A stretch of 64,000 bases of DNA from Dehalococcoidia bacterium (GTDB lineage Bacteria > Chloroflexota > Dehalococcoidia > Lucifugimonadales > JADFKI01): NCBI GenBank assembly GCA_965242555.1, contig CBDESO010000008.1:227577-291576 (forward strand), in the 5' to 3' direction. Made by a program: the position numbers and the translations under genes. Shown in pieces: positions 54,977 to 64,000 of the stretch. Every line of letters starts with the position of its first letter. The stretch's first letter is position 1. Under the pieces are notes generated by a model, which was given only the letters and a program-made list of their open reading frames with translations, made no database searches and was not told where the DNA came from.

Positions 54977-55204
54977 ATATCCCCCAGCGCCACAACGATA
55001 CGCCATTGCCAAAAAATCACGCCTAATTTACCCGAAAATACCCCAAAATCACCCTTTTATCCCCAAGCATCCACGCCCCAACAATGCTATAATTCGGATA
55101 AGCATTTGAAACGCTTGAACTTATTTTAACCAAAGTGTTAGCCAAAGTTCAAAACCATGAGCGCCAACCGCTAACCGCCCAATAATCACCAAAAGGAGCG
55201 CCGC

Positions 55205-58200
55205 TTGTTCACCCACCTCCATGTACACACCGAATACAGCATGCTGGACGGGCTGAGCCGCCTGGAAGACCTCGTGTGCCAAACCAAGGCGCTCGGCATG
55301 GACAGCCTCGCCATCACCGACCACGGCGGGATGTACGGCGCGATTGACTTCTACCAAATCGCCAAAAAACACGGCGTCAAGCCCATCATCGGCTGCGAAA
55401 TGTACGTCGCCCCCGGCAGCCGCCGCGAGCGCGGCTCCGACAGCAGATCCCCCTACCACCTAACCGTCCTATCCCAGAACGCGCGCGGCTACGACAACCT
55501 GGTGAAACTCGTCACCAAATCCAACTTGGAGGGCTTTTATTACAAGCCCCGCATCGACCGCGAAATCTTGGAACAGCACAGCGAAGGCCTCATCATCCTG
55601 TCCGGCTGTCCCAGCGGCGAGATCCCCAAAGCCATCACCCGCGGCGATATGGATGGCGCTCGCGCCGCCGCATCGTGGTATAAAGACCTGTTCGGCGACC
55701 GCTACTTCCTCGAGCTAATGCAACACGGCGACGTCCCCGAACTCCCCCAAATCAACGACGGCCTGATGCAACTCCACAGGGATTTGGACATCCCCGTCGT
55801 AGCCACCAACGATTCCCACTACACCCACAAGCACGACGCCCCCCTGCAAGACATCCTAATCTGCATCCAAACCAACACCAATGTCCACGACGAAAAGCGC
55901 CTGCGAATGGAAGAGGATTCGTACTACCTCCGCAGCCCGCAAGAAATGGCGGCGCTGTGGGCGGAAGTGCCGGACGCCATAGCCAACACCCAGCGCATCG
56001 CCGATATGTGCGACCTAGACCTGGACTTTTCGCGCATGCGCCTGCCCCAATACCCCGTGCCGGGCGGCATAAGCGCCGACGAATACCTGGCGAACATCTG
56101 CCGAGATGCGCTCACCCAGCGCATCCCCACCGCCGGCGACGAAGAGTTCGCGCGGCTTGACTATGAGCTGGACGTCATCCGGCAAACCCAATTCGCCGAC
56201 TACTTCCTAGTGGTGTGGGACATCGCCAAGTTCGTGCGCGAGCGCGACATCTTCTTCGCCGTGCGCGGCAGCGCCGCCGCCAGCCTCGTGCTGTACTGCC
56301 TAGGCGTCACCAACGTCAACCCACTCCCCTACAAGCTAGTCTTCGAGCGCTTTCTGAATGTCGAGCGCAAAGAGATGCCCGACATTGATATGGACTTCCA
56401 AGACGACCGCCGCGAAGAGGTTATCAACTATGTGGTGGACAAGTACGGCGAAGGCCATGTGGCGCAAATAATCACATTCGGAACTTTCGGCGCAAAAGCG
56501 GCGATCCGCGATGTCGGCCGCGCCCTCGGCATGCAATACGGCGACGTCGACCGCGTAGCCCGCCTTGTCCCCACCCGCCTCAACATCACCCTCAACGACG
56601 CGCTTGAGCAGAACCCCGAAATGAAAGAGGTGTACGACGGCGACGAAACCGTCCGCAACCTTGTGGACACCGCAATCGGCATGGAGGGACTCACCCGCCA
56701 CACCAGCACCCACGCCGCCGCCGTGGTCATCTCGCAAGAACCCCTTGACGACATTGTGCCGCTCCAGCGCCCCACAAGGGGCGGCGCGGACGGCAGCGGC
56801 GTCGCCATGACCCAGTACGCCATGGATCCCTGCGCCGAACTCGGCTTGCTCAAAATGGACTTCCTCGGCCTCGCCAACCTCACCATCCTGGCGCGCGCCC
56901 GCGATCTCATCGCCCAAACGCGCGGCATCAGCTTCGACCTCACCGACATCCCCCTAAACGACGGCGCCACCTTTGATATGCTATCCCGCGGCGACACCGC
57001 GGGCGTGTTCCAGCTTGAGGGCGGCGGCATGACCCGCTACATCAAGGAACTCAAGCCCACTTCCCTCAGCGACGTCGCCGCGATGATAGCCCTCTATCGC
57101 CCCGGCCCAATGGATCACATCGGCTCATTCATCGACTCCAAGCACGGCCGCGCCGTCCCCAATTACCCGCATCCCGCCCTCAAAGACATCCTGGAAGAGA
57201 CCTACGGCGTCATCGTCTATCAAGACCAAGTGCTGCAAATCGCCCGCACATTCGCCGGCTATTCACTCGGCGAGGCGGACATCGTCCGCAAGGCTATGGG
57301 CAAGAAAATCCCCGAAATAATGGCGGAAGAGAAAGACAAGTTCGTCAAGGGCGCGCTCAACCAAAACTACACCAACCGGATGGCGGAGCAGATCTTCGCG
57401 CTCATAGAGCCATTCGCGGGCTACGCCTTCAACAAAGCCCACAGCGTCAGCTACGGCCTCATCTCATACTGGACTGCCTACCTCAAAGCCAACTTCACCC
57501 CCGAATACATGGTAGCCCTGCTAAACTCATACCGCGACAACATAGACAAGGTCGCCGCCGCCGTAGCCGAGTGCCGCCGCCTGGACATCCCCGTCCTGCC
57601 CCCAAGCGTCAACCACAGCGACGAATACTACACAATAGAACACGACGACGCCGGCGCCGCCTCCATTCGCTTTGGCCTGTCCGCGATAAAGAACGTGGGC
57701 GAGGCTGCGGTCGCCCCCCTGGTTGAGGGGCGCAAGAAAGCCGGGCAATTCGAAAGCATAGAGGATATGTGCCAGTCCGCCGAACTATCAGGCGTGGGCA
57801 AGAAAGCCTTGGAAAGCCTAATACGCGCCGGCGCCCTAGACGACTTCGGCGACCGCGGCGGCTTGATGAGCGTAGTCGACCGCATCGTATCCCTAGCGCA
57901 GAGCGAGGCCGACCTCCGCAATTCCCGCCAATCCACTATGTTCGGTATGATGAGCGGCGGCGGCTCCGACGACGCGCTCGTTAAGATTGACATCCCCAAC
58001 ACGACCACATCCGACGCCGAAAAGCGCCAGTGGGAACAAGAGCTGCTGGGCGTATCCACATCCAACAACGTCCTGCTAGACCTGCTCGCCCAACGCGGCG
58101 GCGGCAGCGAAATCCTCGCGCTCAAAGACCTGGACGCCGATATGGCCGGCAAGCGCGTCGTAGTAACCGGCATAGTGTCCGACGTCAGCATGCGCTACAC

Positions 58201-59095
58201 CCGCGACCAAAAGCGGTTCGCCATAGCATCCCTAGTTCTAATGGACGGCGCAATAGAAGTGTTCATCTGGGACGACAAGATGCAGCAAACCGAGCGCCTA
58301 TGGGAAGACGGCAAGCTAGTTTCGGTAACCGCAACCGTCCGCGTCCGCGACGACGAAGTCAGCCTAAGCTGCCTAGACGCCAAAGAAGTTGATCTCCCCT
58401 CAGCGTCATCAGTTCAACCCCTGCCCGCCCAACCCGCCCCCGCGGCGCCCGCCCGGACACAGCTGCCCGCGCCAACCCCCGCCAAGAGCGCCGACGCCCT
58501 GCCTACCCAACCCGCAAACGGCATCGCCGAACCCGAACCCGACTACGCCGCGCCCGCCGCCGAAACCGCGCCCGCCCATATGAACGGCAGCACACCTAAG
58601 CCGCCGACTGACGATCCCACCCACGCCACGCCCGCCGCTACAAACCCGCCCGCCGCTGAGCAACCCAACACCACCCTTCCCAGCGCCCCAACAACCCCGC
58701 CATCCGACGCCCCCGGCGCAAACGGGAATGGCGCAACGAACGGAAACGGCGCAACCGCCGCCCCAACATCGTTGCCATCCCGCAAAGTCAACGGCAACGG
58801 CAGTGAAAACGGCTTGCCAGTCGCCCCGCCTAGTGCGCCCGTCGTCGCCGGCAACCTAACCCTCCGCCTGCGCGAAACCACCCCCGCCGAAGACGGCCGC
58901 ATGCTGCAAGACGTCAAGTCAATGCTAATGGAACACGCCGGCGATTGCGAAGTCACCCTGGAAATCGCAACGCGCGGCCACATCGTTATGATGGAATGGC
59001 CTATGGTTCGCGTGGACGCCCGCCCCGACCTAGTTGAGCAACTCCAGCGCCTGCTCCAAGCCTCCGGCGGCGACGCCTACGTCAGGTCAGCCTAG
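55205..59095 (+). CDS. dnaE: DNA polymerase III alpha subunit with a ~230-aa non-canonical C-terminal extension
   Basis: PHP domain (FTHLHVHTEYSMLDG), polymerase core and OB fold. After about residue 1062, a Pro/Ala/Asn-rich linker and a ~80-aa terminal domain. TTG start. Confidence 0.95.
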   Translation: MFTHLHVHTEYSMLDGLSRLEDLVCQTKALGMDSLAITDHGGMYGAIDFYQIAKKHGVKPIIGCEMYVAPGSRRERGSDSRSPYHLTVLSQNARGYDNLVKLVTKSNLEGFYYKPRIDREILEQHSEGLIILSGCPSGEIPKAITRGDMDGARAAASWYKDLFGDRYFLELMQHGDVPELPQINDGLMQLHRDLDIPVVATNDSHYTHKHDAPLQDILICIQTNTNVHDEKRLRMEEDSYYLRSPQEMAALWAEVPDAIANTQRIADMCDLDLDFSRMRLPQYPVPGGISADEYLANICRDALTQRIPTAGDEEFARLDYELDVIRQTQFADYFLVVWDIAKFVRERDIFFAVRGSAAASLVLYCLGVTNVNPLPYKLVFERFLNVERKEMPDIDMDFQDDRREEVINYVVDKYGEGHVAQIITFGTFGAKAAIRDVGRALGMQYGDVDRVARLVPTRLNITLNDALEQNPEMKEVYDGDETVRNLVDTAIGMEGLTRHTSTHAAAVVISQEPLDDIVPLQRPTRGGADGSGVAMTQYAMDPCAELGLLKMDFLGLANLTILARARDLIAQTRGISFDLTDIPLNDGATFDMLSRGDTAGVFQLEGGGMTRYIKELKPTSLSDVAAMIALYRPGPMDHIGSFIDSKHGRAVPNYPHPALKDILEETYGVIVYQDQVLQIARTFAGYSLGEADIVRKAMGKKIPEIMAEEKDKFVKGALNQNYTNRMAEQIFALIEPFAGYAFNKAHSVSYGLISYWTAYLKANFTPEYMVALLNSYRDNIDKVAAAVAECRRLDIPVLPPSVNHSDEYYTIEHDDAGAASIRFGLSAIKNVGEAAVAPLVEGRKKAGQFESIEDMCQSAELSGVGKKALESLIRAGALDDFGDRGGLMSVVDRIVSLAQSEADLRNSRQSTMFGMMSGGGSDDALVKIDIPNTTTSDAEKRQWEQELLGVSTSNNVLLDLLAQRGGGSEILALKDLDADMAGKRVVVTGIVSDVSMRYTRDQKRFAIASLVLMDGAIEVFIWDDKMQQTERLWEDGKLVSVTATVRVRDDEVSLSCLDAKEVDLPSASSVQPLPAQPAPAAPARTQLPAPTPAKSADALPTQPANGIAEPEPDYAAPAAETAPAHMNGSTPKPPTDDPTHATPAATNPPAAEQPNTTLPSAPTTPPSDAPGANGNGATNGNGATAAPTSLPSRKVNGNGSENGLPVAPPSAPVVAGNLTLRLRETTPAEDGRMLQDVKSMLMEHAGDCEVTLEIATRGHIVMMEWPMVRVDARPDLVEQLQRLLQASGGDAYVRSA

Positions 59096-59112
59096 CCCAA
59101 ATCCGCTTCGCC

Positions 59113-59628
59113 CTAGCCATCCTGCCGCTCCAAATCAAGCAACCGCTGTTTCAAGTCAAGGCGCGTTGTCCCCTTGCCGTACCCGCGCAGACTGCCGTCG
59201 CTTGCGATAACGCGGTGGCAGGGTATCACGATAGCCAAGCGGTTCTTCGCCATAGCCTGCCCCGCCGCGCGCGGCGCGAGCGCGTTGCCCGCCTGCTCCG
59301 CCAGCCACTTGTAGCTTCGCGTTTCCCCCTTCGGTATCGCGCGGCACGCCTGCCACGCCGCTTGATGAAAGCCGGATGCGTCCCCCACATCTATCGGCTC
59401 GTCCGCGAACGTCACATCCTCGCCCAGAAAATACCGCGCCAGCTTATCGCGCAGCTCCGCGAACCGCTGCGGCGCCGGCAGCGCATCCTCCACCGCCGCG
59501 CCCAGCTGCGCCACGCAGTCCTCCGGCGACGCCTGCGGCAGCGTTGTCCGCCGCAAGCCCTTGTCCGAGGCGACCACGCCCATCCAGCCCGCCGGCGTCT
59601 CAAACACATCGTAGTAAAGATCCGTCAT
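59113..59628 (-). CDS. ogt: Methylated-DNA--protein-cysteine methyltransferase
   Basis: Active site IVIPCHRVI. The ATG overlaps the stop of the upstream gene as ATGA. Confidence 0.9.
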   Translation of the reverse strand: MTDLYYDVFETPAGWMGVVASDKGLRRTTLPQASPEDCVAQLGAAVEDALPAPQRFAELRDKLARYFLGEDVTFADEPIDVGDASGFHQAAWQACRAIPKGETRSYKWLAEQAGNALAPRAAGQAMAKNRLAIVIPCHRVIASDGSLRGYGKGTTRLDLKQRLLDLERQDG

Positions 59629-62225
59629 CGTTGATTTCCTCCCGGCAACAATCGCCTAAACGCCAGCGCCGTCAAGCCGCCTCTAATCGCGCGCCAAGCC
59701 TGCTCCATATCATCCGCCAACCGCGCTTGCGCCTCCGATGCGCCGCCCTCATCCCCGGCGGCAACGTCCGCCGCCGCGCCCGTATATCGCAGCGCCGCGA
59801 ACTCCGCCCCAATGCGCCGCGCCGCCGCGCCCGACTCATCCAGCGCGCCCGCCAGCATAGCCGCGTACTCGCTCGGCGTCTGCCCATCCCGCCGCCGCAT
59901 CCCCGCGATAGCCCCCATCCGGTTCATCTTCGCATACGCCCGCTCCACCGGCGACAGCCCGCGCAGCCCGGCGTTCCACACCCAATACAGCAGCCCCCAT
60001 GCGGCGGCAACGGCAACAAGCGCTATCCCCCCGCGCGTGGCAATCGTCGCCAGCGCGCCAATAGACACGAACCCTGTTCCTTGCCGCTCATCCACCAAGC
60101 CGCCGATCCCCGGCAACCCGATTTCGTTAAACGGATCCAGGAACTCCGACGTATCCCCCGACATCCCTGCCGCGCCGCCCGACGGCAGCGATCCCGCGAT
60201 AGACGCCGAAGTCAGTTCGCGCTGATGCTCAGGCCACGCCGGCGTAGGCTCAAAGTCAATCCACCCGTACTCAGGGAAAAACACCTGCACCCACCCATGG
60301 CTATCGTTATCGCGCACCACCCGCACATCGTTTTCGGCGTCATACTCGCCCGGCGCGTACCCCGCCGCCAAGCGCGCCGGAACATCTACCGCCCGCAACA
60401 GCACCACCATAGTGGACGCGAAATAGTCGCTATACCCCGTCTTTGTCTCAAACAGGAAATAATCCACCCCGTCGGCGTCGCGCGGCGGCGCGTCAATCTT
60501 CTGGGAATATGTGAACTCTTCCCCCCTAAGATATTCGGCGATAACCGTCGCCTTGTCATAGGGATTGTCCGCGTTCTGCGTAAGATCCACGGCCTTATCC
60601 CTGACGCGCTGCGGCAGCGACAGCGGCAGCTGCAAGTAATGATCTGTGATGAATGTGTTGTAATCCACGCTCGCCGCGCGCAGATCCTCGTCAGTCGCCA
60701 CCGACACATAAGACACCATCGCATATGGATGATTTTCGGGCTGCCGGTTGGCGAACTGCCACGAAACGATTTCGGGCGCGGCGGTATCCTTGCGCTCCAA
60801 AGACACCGTGTCCAGCACGGGAACGCCCGTCGCCTCATCGTCAATTGCGAACCTGATTGAGTTCAGCACGATGTCGCTGGGCAACACGCGCGATATGTAC
60901 GACTCTGCGAAACGCTGCGGCGGATCCCCCGCCTCCCTAAGCGCCTCCGCGATCTCCCGAATATCCGGCGGCAGCGTCTTATCCGCGTCCGGGTTGTGCA
61001 TCTGAATAACGAACTCTTTCGGCCGCAGCGTTTCCACCACCGCGTCATGGCTCAGCCAATCCAAGTTCCCCCCCGCCAGAAAGCTATCGCTGGCAAAGTT
61101 CAATTGAACCGTCTGGTCAACCTGCAAAGTCTTGCGCCACTCGGGACGCGGCGGCGGTGCTGTGCTAGGCCCCACCTCAATCTCGCCGGTCTCGCCCGCC
61201 TTCCAACCCTGCGATGTGTATTCGCTGTATGTGTTGGAAAGCCAGTATGAGGGATACTCGGTATTCGCCCAGAACACCGCCTCGCCCCCAAACGAGATTT
61301 CCCCGATAAACGGCAGCGTCTTGCCAAAGAACCTTCCCGGCACATCCTTGCGCGAGGGAATTCCCGCCAGCAGCCGCTCAATATCCTCTTCCAAGTTGGC
61401 GATTGGCGCGCGCGCCGTGTTCCACCAGTTCGCCAAATCGTTGGACACATACACGCGCAGCGGCAGCATCGCCGCGATAACCATCACCGCTATCCCAAAC
61501 CAGATGACCGAGTGCATCGTCAGCCAGCTGTTCATCATCTCAAAGCGCACGCCGCGCCGTCGCCATTCGGCTTGGTTCTGCACATCGCTCGCCCGCACAA
61601 TCAGCAGCATCGCCAGCAGCGCGAATATGAAGAACTTAGACGAGAACCCCAGCGTTGGCGGCAAGAAACTGAGGTTGGTAAGTATCGCAACGCCGCCGAC
61701 CACAACCGCAACCCATGCGTTGGTATTCCTGAACAGAAAGAACGAACTCACATACCCGACCAGCCAAGCCACCGACAGGATGGCGATAGTGAACGGCAGC
61801 AGATCGGTCGAAATCCCGTCGTTGGCGGCTGCGTCATACCACACGCTCAGCCGGCTCCATATCTCAGGCAGCGCCGCGTCCAGCGTAACGGCGTCGGTCT
61901 GCGACAGCGCCTGCCACACGACCAGCGCCGCCCCCAGCGCAATCCCTATCGGATGCAGCAATACCGCCGGCACAGGCGCCCTCGCCAGCGCAAGCCCCGC
62001 TATCGCCGACCAAAACAACAATACCGCAAGCCCCGGCGTCGGCACCCAGCTGCCGTCGTCCACCGACATGCTTATCATCATCAGCGCCGCCAGCAGGATA
62101 AGCAGGCTGCTCCACCCCTGCGCCGGCCTAACGCGGTCGTTCAGCCGCAGCAAGATATGCCGCTCGCGCCCGGCCGCCGACCCGCGCGATTGCGGCATAG
62201 AGATAGCAACGCGCTCGGCGCTCAT
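59625..62225 (-). CDS. Transglutaminase-like membrane protein (DUF3488 / TGase core / DUF4129 architecture)
   Basis: N-terminal TM cluster. Core TGYSDYFASTMVVLLRAVDVPARLAAGY...SHGWVQVFFPEYGWIDFEPT. Ser occupies the usual catalytic Cys position. Confidence 0.85.
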   Translation of the reverse strand: MSAERVAISMPQSRGSAAGRERHILLRLNDRVRPAQGWSSLLILLAALMMISMSVDDGSWVPTPGLAVLLFWSAIAGLALARAPVPAVLLHPIGIALGAALVVWQALSQTDAVTLDAALPEIWSRLSVWYDAAANDGISTDLLPFTIAILSVAWLVGYVSSFFLFRNTNAWVAVVVGGVAILTNLSFLPPTLGFSSKFFIFALLAMLLIVRASDVQNQAEWRRRGVRFEMMNSWLTMHSVIWFGIAVMVIAAMLPLRVYVSNDLANWWNTARAPIANLEEDIERLLAGIPSRKDVPGRFFGKTLPFIGEISFGGEAVFWANTEYPSYWLSNTYSEYTSQGWKAGETGEIEVGPSTAPPPRPEWRKTLQVDQTVQLNFASDSFLAGGNLDWLSHDAVVETLRPKEFVIQMHNPDADKTLPPDIREIAEALREAGDPPQRFAESYISRVLPSDIVLNSIRFAIDDEATGVPVLDTVSLERKDTAAPEIVSWQFANRQPENHPYAMVSYVSVATDEDLRAASVDYNTFITDHYLQLPLSLPQRVRDKAVDLTQNADNPYDKATVIAEYLRGEEFTYSQKIDAPPRDADGVDYFLFETKTGYSDYFASTMVVLLRAVDVPARLAAGYAPGEYDAENDVRVVRDNDSHGWVQVFFPEYGWIDFEPTPAWPEHQRELTSASIAGSLPSGGAAGMSGDTSEFLDPFNEIGLPGIGGLVDERQGTGFVSIGALATIATRGGIALVAVAAAWGLLYWVWNAGLRGLSPVERAYAKMNRMGAIAGMRRRDGQTPSEYAAMLAGALDESGAAARRIGAEFAALRYTGAAADVAAGDEGGASEAQARLADDMEQAWRAIRGGLTALAFRRLLPGGNQR

Positions 62226-63553
62226 ACCCTAACCTCCGTTTCGCGCAGCCGCGCCGCGTCGTCCAGCTCCGCGCTCGTATAGACGCGGCTCAGCGCCACC
62301 GGAATGTCGTCGCCCTTTCGCACAAGATACGGCGGTATCCCCGCAAGATAAAGTTCCGGTATCAAATCCGCGGTATTAAAGAACCCGCCGAAAGACGCGC
62401 CGTCAAGCAGAACCACCGCCACGCGCACGCGCCGCCGCGTCAATTCCCGCAGCGCCGTTACCCACTCCGGCCGCGCAGACGGCGTTATCACTATCAGCGA
62501 GCTGTGATACCCCCACAACTTCTCCTCGCGCGGCAGTAGCGACTCCAGCGCCACGCTCCCCTCCGCCTTGCTCAGCGCCAAAAACTCCAGCGCCCTGTCA
62601 AACTGCCCCATCCCCGTATCCGCGCCCAAGAAATACCGCTGATCCCCCTGCGAAAGCAGCCCGGCGGGCATCCCCGATTCCAAATACTTGCGAATAAGCG
62701 ACGCGCCGATTGACACCGCGTACTCGTCAGTGCTCTCTTCCAACTCCCCCGCCTGCACGTCGCGGTGAAGATCCACCAGCACCCACACATCGCTTGACTG
62801 CCCCAAATCGAACTCTTTGGACATAAGCTTGCCCAGCTTAGCCGTGCTGCCCCAGTGAACGCGGCTGATGCTGTCCCCGAAAGCGTACTCGCGCACACTA
62901 GAGGCATGCGGCGTCAAGTCATGCGACCGCCGCCGCGTAGAGCTTTCCCCCGACAAATCCGCGGCGGGAATGGCGAACTCCGGCAATGGCTGAGTGCGTG
63001 GATATACAATAAGCTGCTCTGTCCCGCAAAAGAACTTTTCGCGCCGAAATATGCCGAATGCGTCCGTGTTGGATACCCTCACAGGCCCCATCGTATAGAC
63101 GCCCCGCCGCCGCGCCGGCGTCTGCGTCCGCCACGACCGGAACCCCTTTGACTCCAGGCTGATAGCCATCCCGCTGGAATATCCCGGCAAATCCGTCAGA
63201 TCCTCCACCTCCAGCGTTGGCTTGGGCAGCGCCCCCATATTGCGGATGGTTATGCGCTCTTCCACATCATCCCCCACCCGCACGCGCCGCGACCGCCGCT
63301 CCACGCTCACATCCAGCGACTGCAGGCTGATCATATTCCACAGGTAGCCCAAAATCAGCGTCAGCCCCAGTATGTAGAACAGCCGGTAAAACAGCGCGAA
63401 CCCCGTCGCCGCGCCCGTCAGCACGGTAACCGCCCCAAGCGCCACCACGAGATAGAACCGCCTTTGCAGGTAGGCTTTTAGGTCAAATCGGTCTAGTATG
63501 ACGCTATCTCCCGAACCAGCCCCGCGCCTGCGCTCCCGGCACGGGAATATCAT
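62222..63553 (-). CDS. DUF58 domain protein (vWA-like, MoxR-associated)
   Basis: VREYAFGDSISRVHWGSTAKLGKLMSKEFD. Two N-terminal TM segments. Confidence 0.85.
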   Translation of the reverse strand: MIFPCRERRRGAGSGDSVILDRFDLKAYLQRRFYLVVALGAVTVLTGAATGFALFYRLFYILGLTLILGYLWNMISLQSLDVSVERRSRRVRVGDDVEERITIRNMGALPKPTLEVEDLTDLPGYSSGMAISLESKGFRSWRTQTPARRRGVYTMGPVRVSNTDAFGIFRREKFFCGTEQLIVYPRTQPLPEFAIPAADLSGESSTRRRSHDLTPHASSVREYAFGDSISRVHWGSTAKLGKLMSKEFDLGQSSDVWVLVDLHRDVQAGELEESTDEYAVSIGASLIRKYLESGMPAGLLSQGDQRYFLGADTGMGQFDRALEFLALSKAEGSVALESLLPREEKLWGYHSSLIVITPSARPEWVTALRELTRRRVRVAVVLLDGASFGGFFNTADLIPELYLAGIPPYLVRKGDDIPVALSRVYTSAELDDAARLRETEVRV

Positions 63554-64000
63554 CCGCGATGGAGTTCATAACCTCGGCGGGATCCACCCCGCGCATCCTC
63601 GCCGCCGCCGAAATGATGATGCGGTGGCGCATAATCGGCACAATCAGCTCTTTGACATCATCCGGCAGCACATACTCCCTGCCGCGCAGCACGGCGAGTG
63701 CCTGCGCCGCCCTAAACAGGAACAGCGACCCGCGCGGCGACGCCCCAAGCGCGATGTCGTCATGCTCCCGCGTCGCGCTCACGATGGTCACTATGTACTG
63801 CTTGATAAGCTCGTCCACATACACATCCCGCGTAGCCCGCTGCATCTCCCCGATCTCATCCGCGGTTGCGACCGGCTGCAGCGTCTCTATCGGATGCCCC
63901 AGCTGCTGCCCGTCTATCACCGCGATCTCTTCCTCCGCCGAGGGATAGCCCAGCGAAATCATCACGAAGAACCTGTCAAGCTGCGCCTCAGGCAGCGGAA
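63504..64000 (-). CDS. MoxR-family AAA+ ATPase, C-terminal part (the 5' end lies outside the window)
   Basis: LPEAQLDRFFVMISLGYPSAEEEIAVI...GASPRGSLFLFRAAQALAVLRGREYVLPDDVK. The reading frame is open to the window edge. Confidence 0.85.
   Translation of the reverse strand, partial: PLPEAQLDRFFVMISLGYPSAEEEIAVIDGQQLGHPIETLQPVATADEIGEMQRATRDVYVDELIKQYIVTIVSATREHDDIALGASPRGSLFLFRAAQALAVLRGREYVLPDDVKELIVPIMRHRIIISAAARMRGVDPAEVMNSIADDIPVPGAQARGWFGR

Noticed and set aside
55084-55160. LexA/SOS (Cheo-type) box upstream of dnaE
   Set aside because: GAAC and GTTC half-sites are present but 26 nt apart, not the 4-nt spacing of GAAC-N4-GTTC.
55205-59095. Intein or split architecture in dnaE
   Set aside because: The polymerase sequence reads continuously through the conserved blocks. 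I saw no Cys/Ser...HN-Cys intein boundaries or homing-endonuclease motifs. Only the C-terminal extension is unusual.
59376-62282. Plus-strand ORFs 59376..60860, 61132..62232 and 61512..62282
   Set aside because: They are antisense to the transglutaminase-like gene, which has clear motifs. The shadow ORFs are Arg/Pro/Ser-rich with no motifs.

Overview
High-GC bacterial chromosomal window, judged by eye and not computed. It is most likely Chloroflexota, because a 1550-aa membrane protein carries the Chloroflexi/Archaea 'YYY' (DUF2298) signature GGYLNYYYWGQF. I support about 60 protein genes and 4 tRNAs (Leu-GAG, Cys-GCA, and tandem Thr-CGT and Thr-TGT). I saw no rRNA, CRISPR array, integrase or transposase. 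Housekeeping content: rpsU, pth, glyQS, sbcD, folK/folP, a biotin transcarboxylase set (12S plus a 5S-BCCP fusion), an IDH-family gene, mdh, a three-subunit SdhA/SdhB/HdrB-like succinate dehydrogenase, groES/groEL behind a perfect CIRCE-like palindrome, dnaE, ogt and a MoxR-DUF58-transglutaminase operon. Accessory or unusual content: (1) a visibly lower-GC two-gene cassette of unrecognisable proteins (457-1601), bracketed by two copies of a ~134-bp hairpin-ended repeat. A third copy at 22131-22264 has a perfect 8-bp target-site duplication, so this is a MITE-like family. (2) A DNA methyltransferase fused to an HNH nuclease, divergent from a 494-aa repeat-rich orphan protein. (3) A conspicuous AT-rich three-arm motif (AAAAGT / ACTTTT / AAAAGT) present three times. 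(4) One intact HigBA pair, plus a second higA preceded by a 28-codon higB remnant abutting a small zinc-ribbon ORF. (5) A five-gene operon joining a partner-switching module to a solute-binding protein and a HAMP histidine kinase. Many long ORFs in the track are antisense shadows typical of high-GC DNA and are rejected. All family assignments come from motif recognition by eye; no searches were run.
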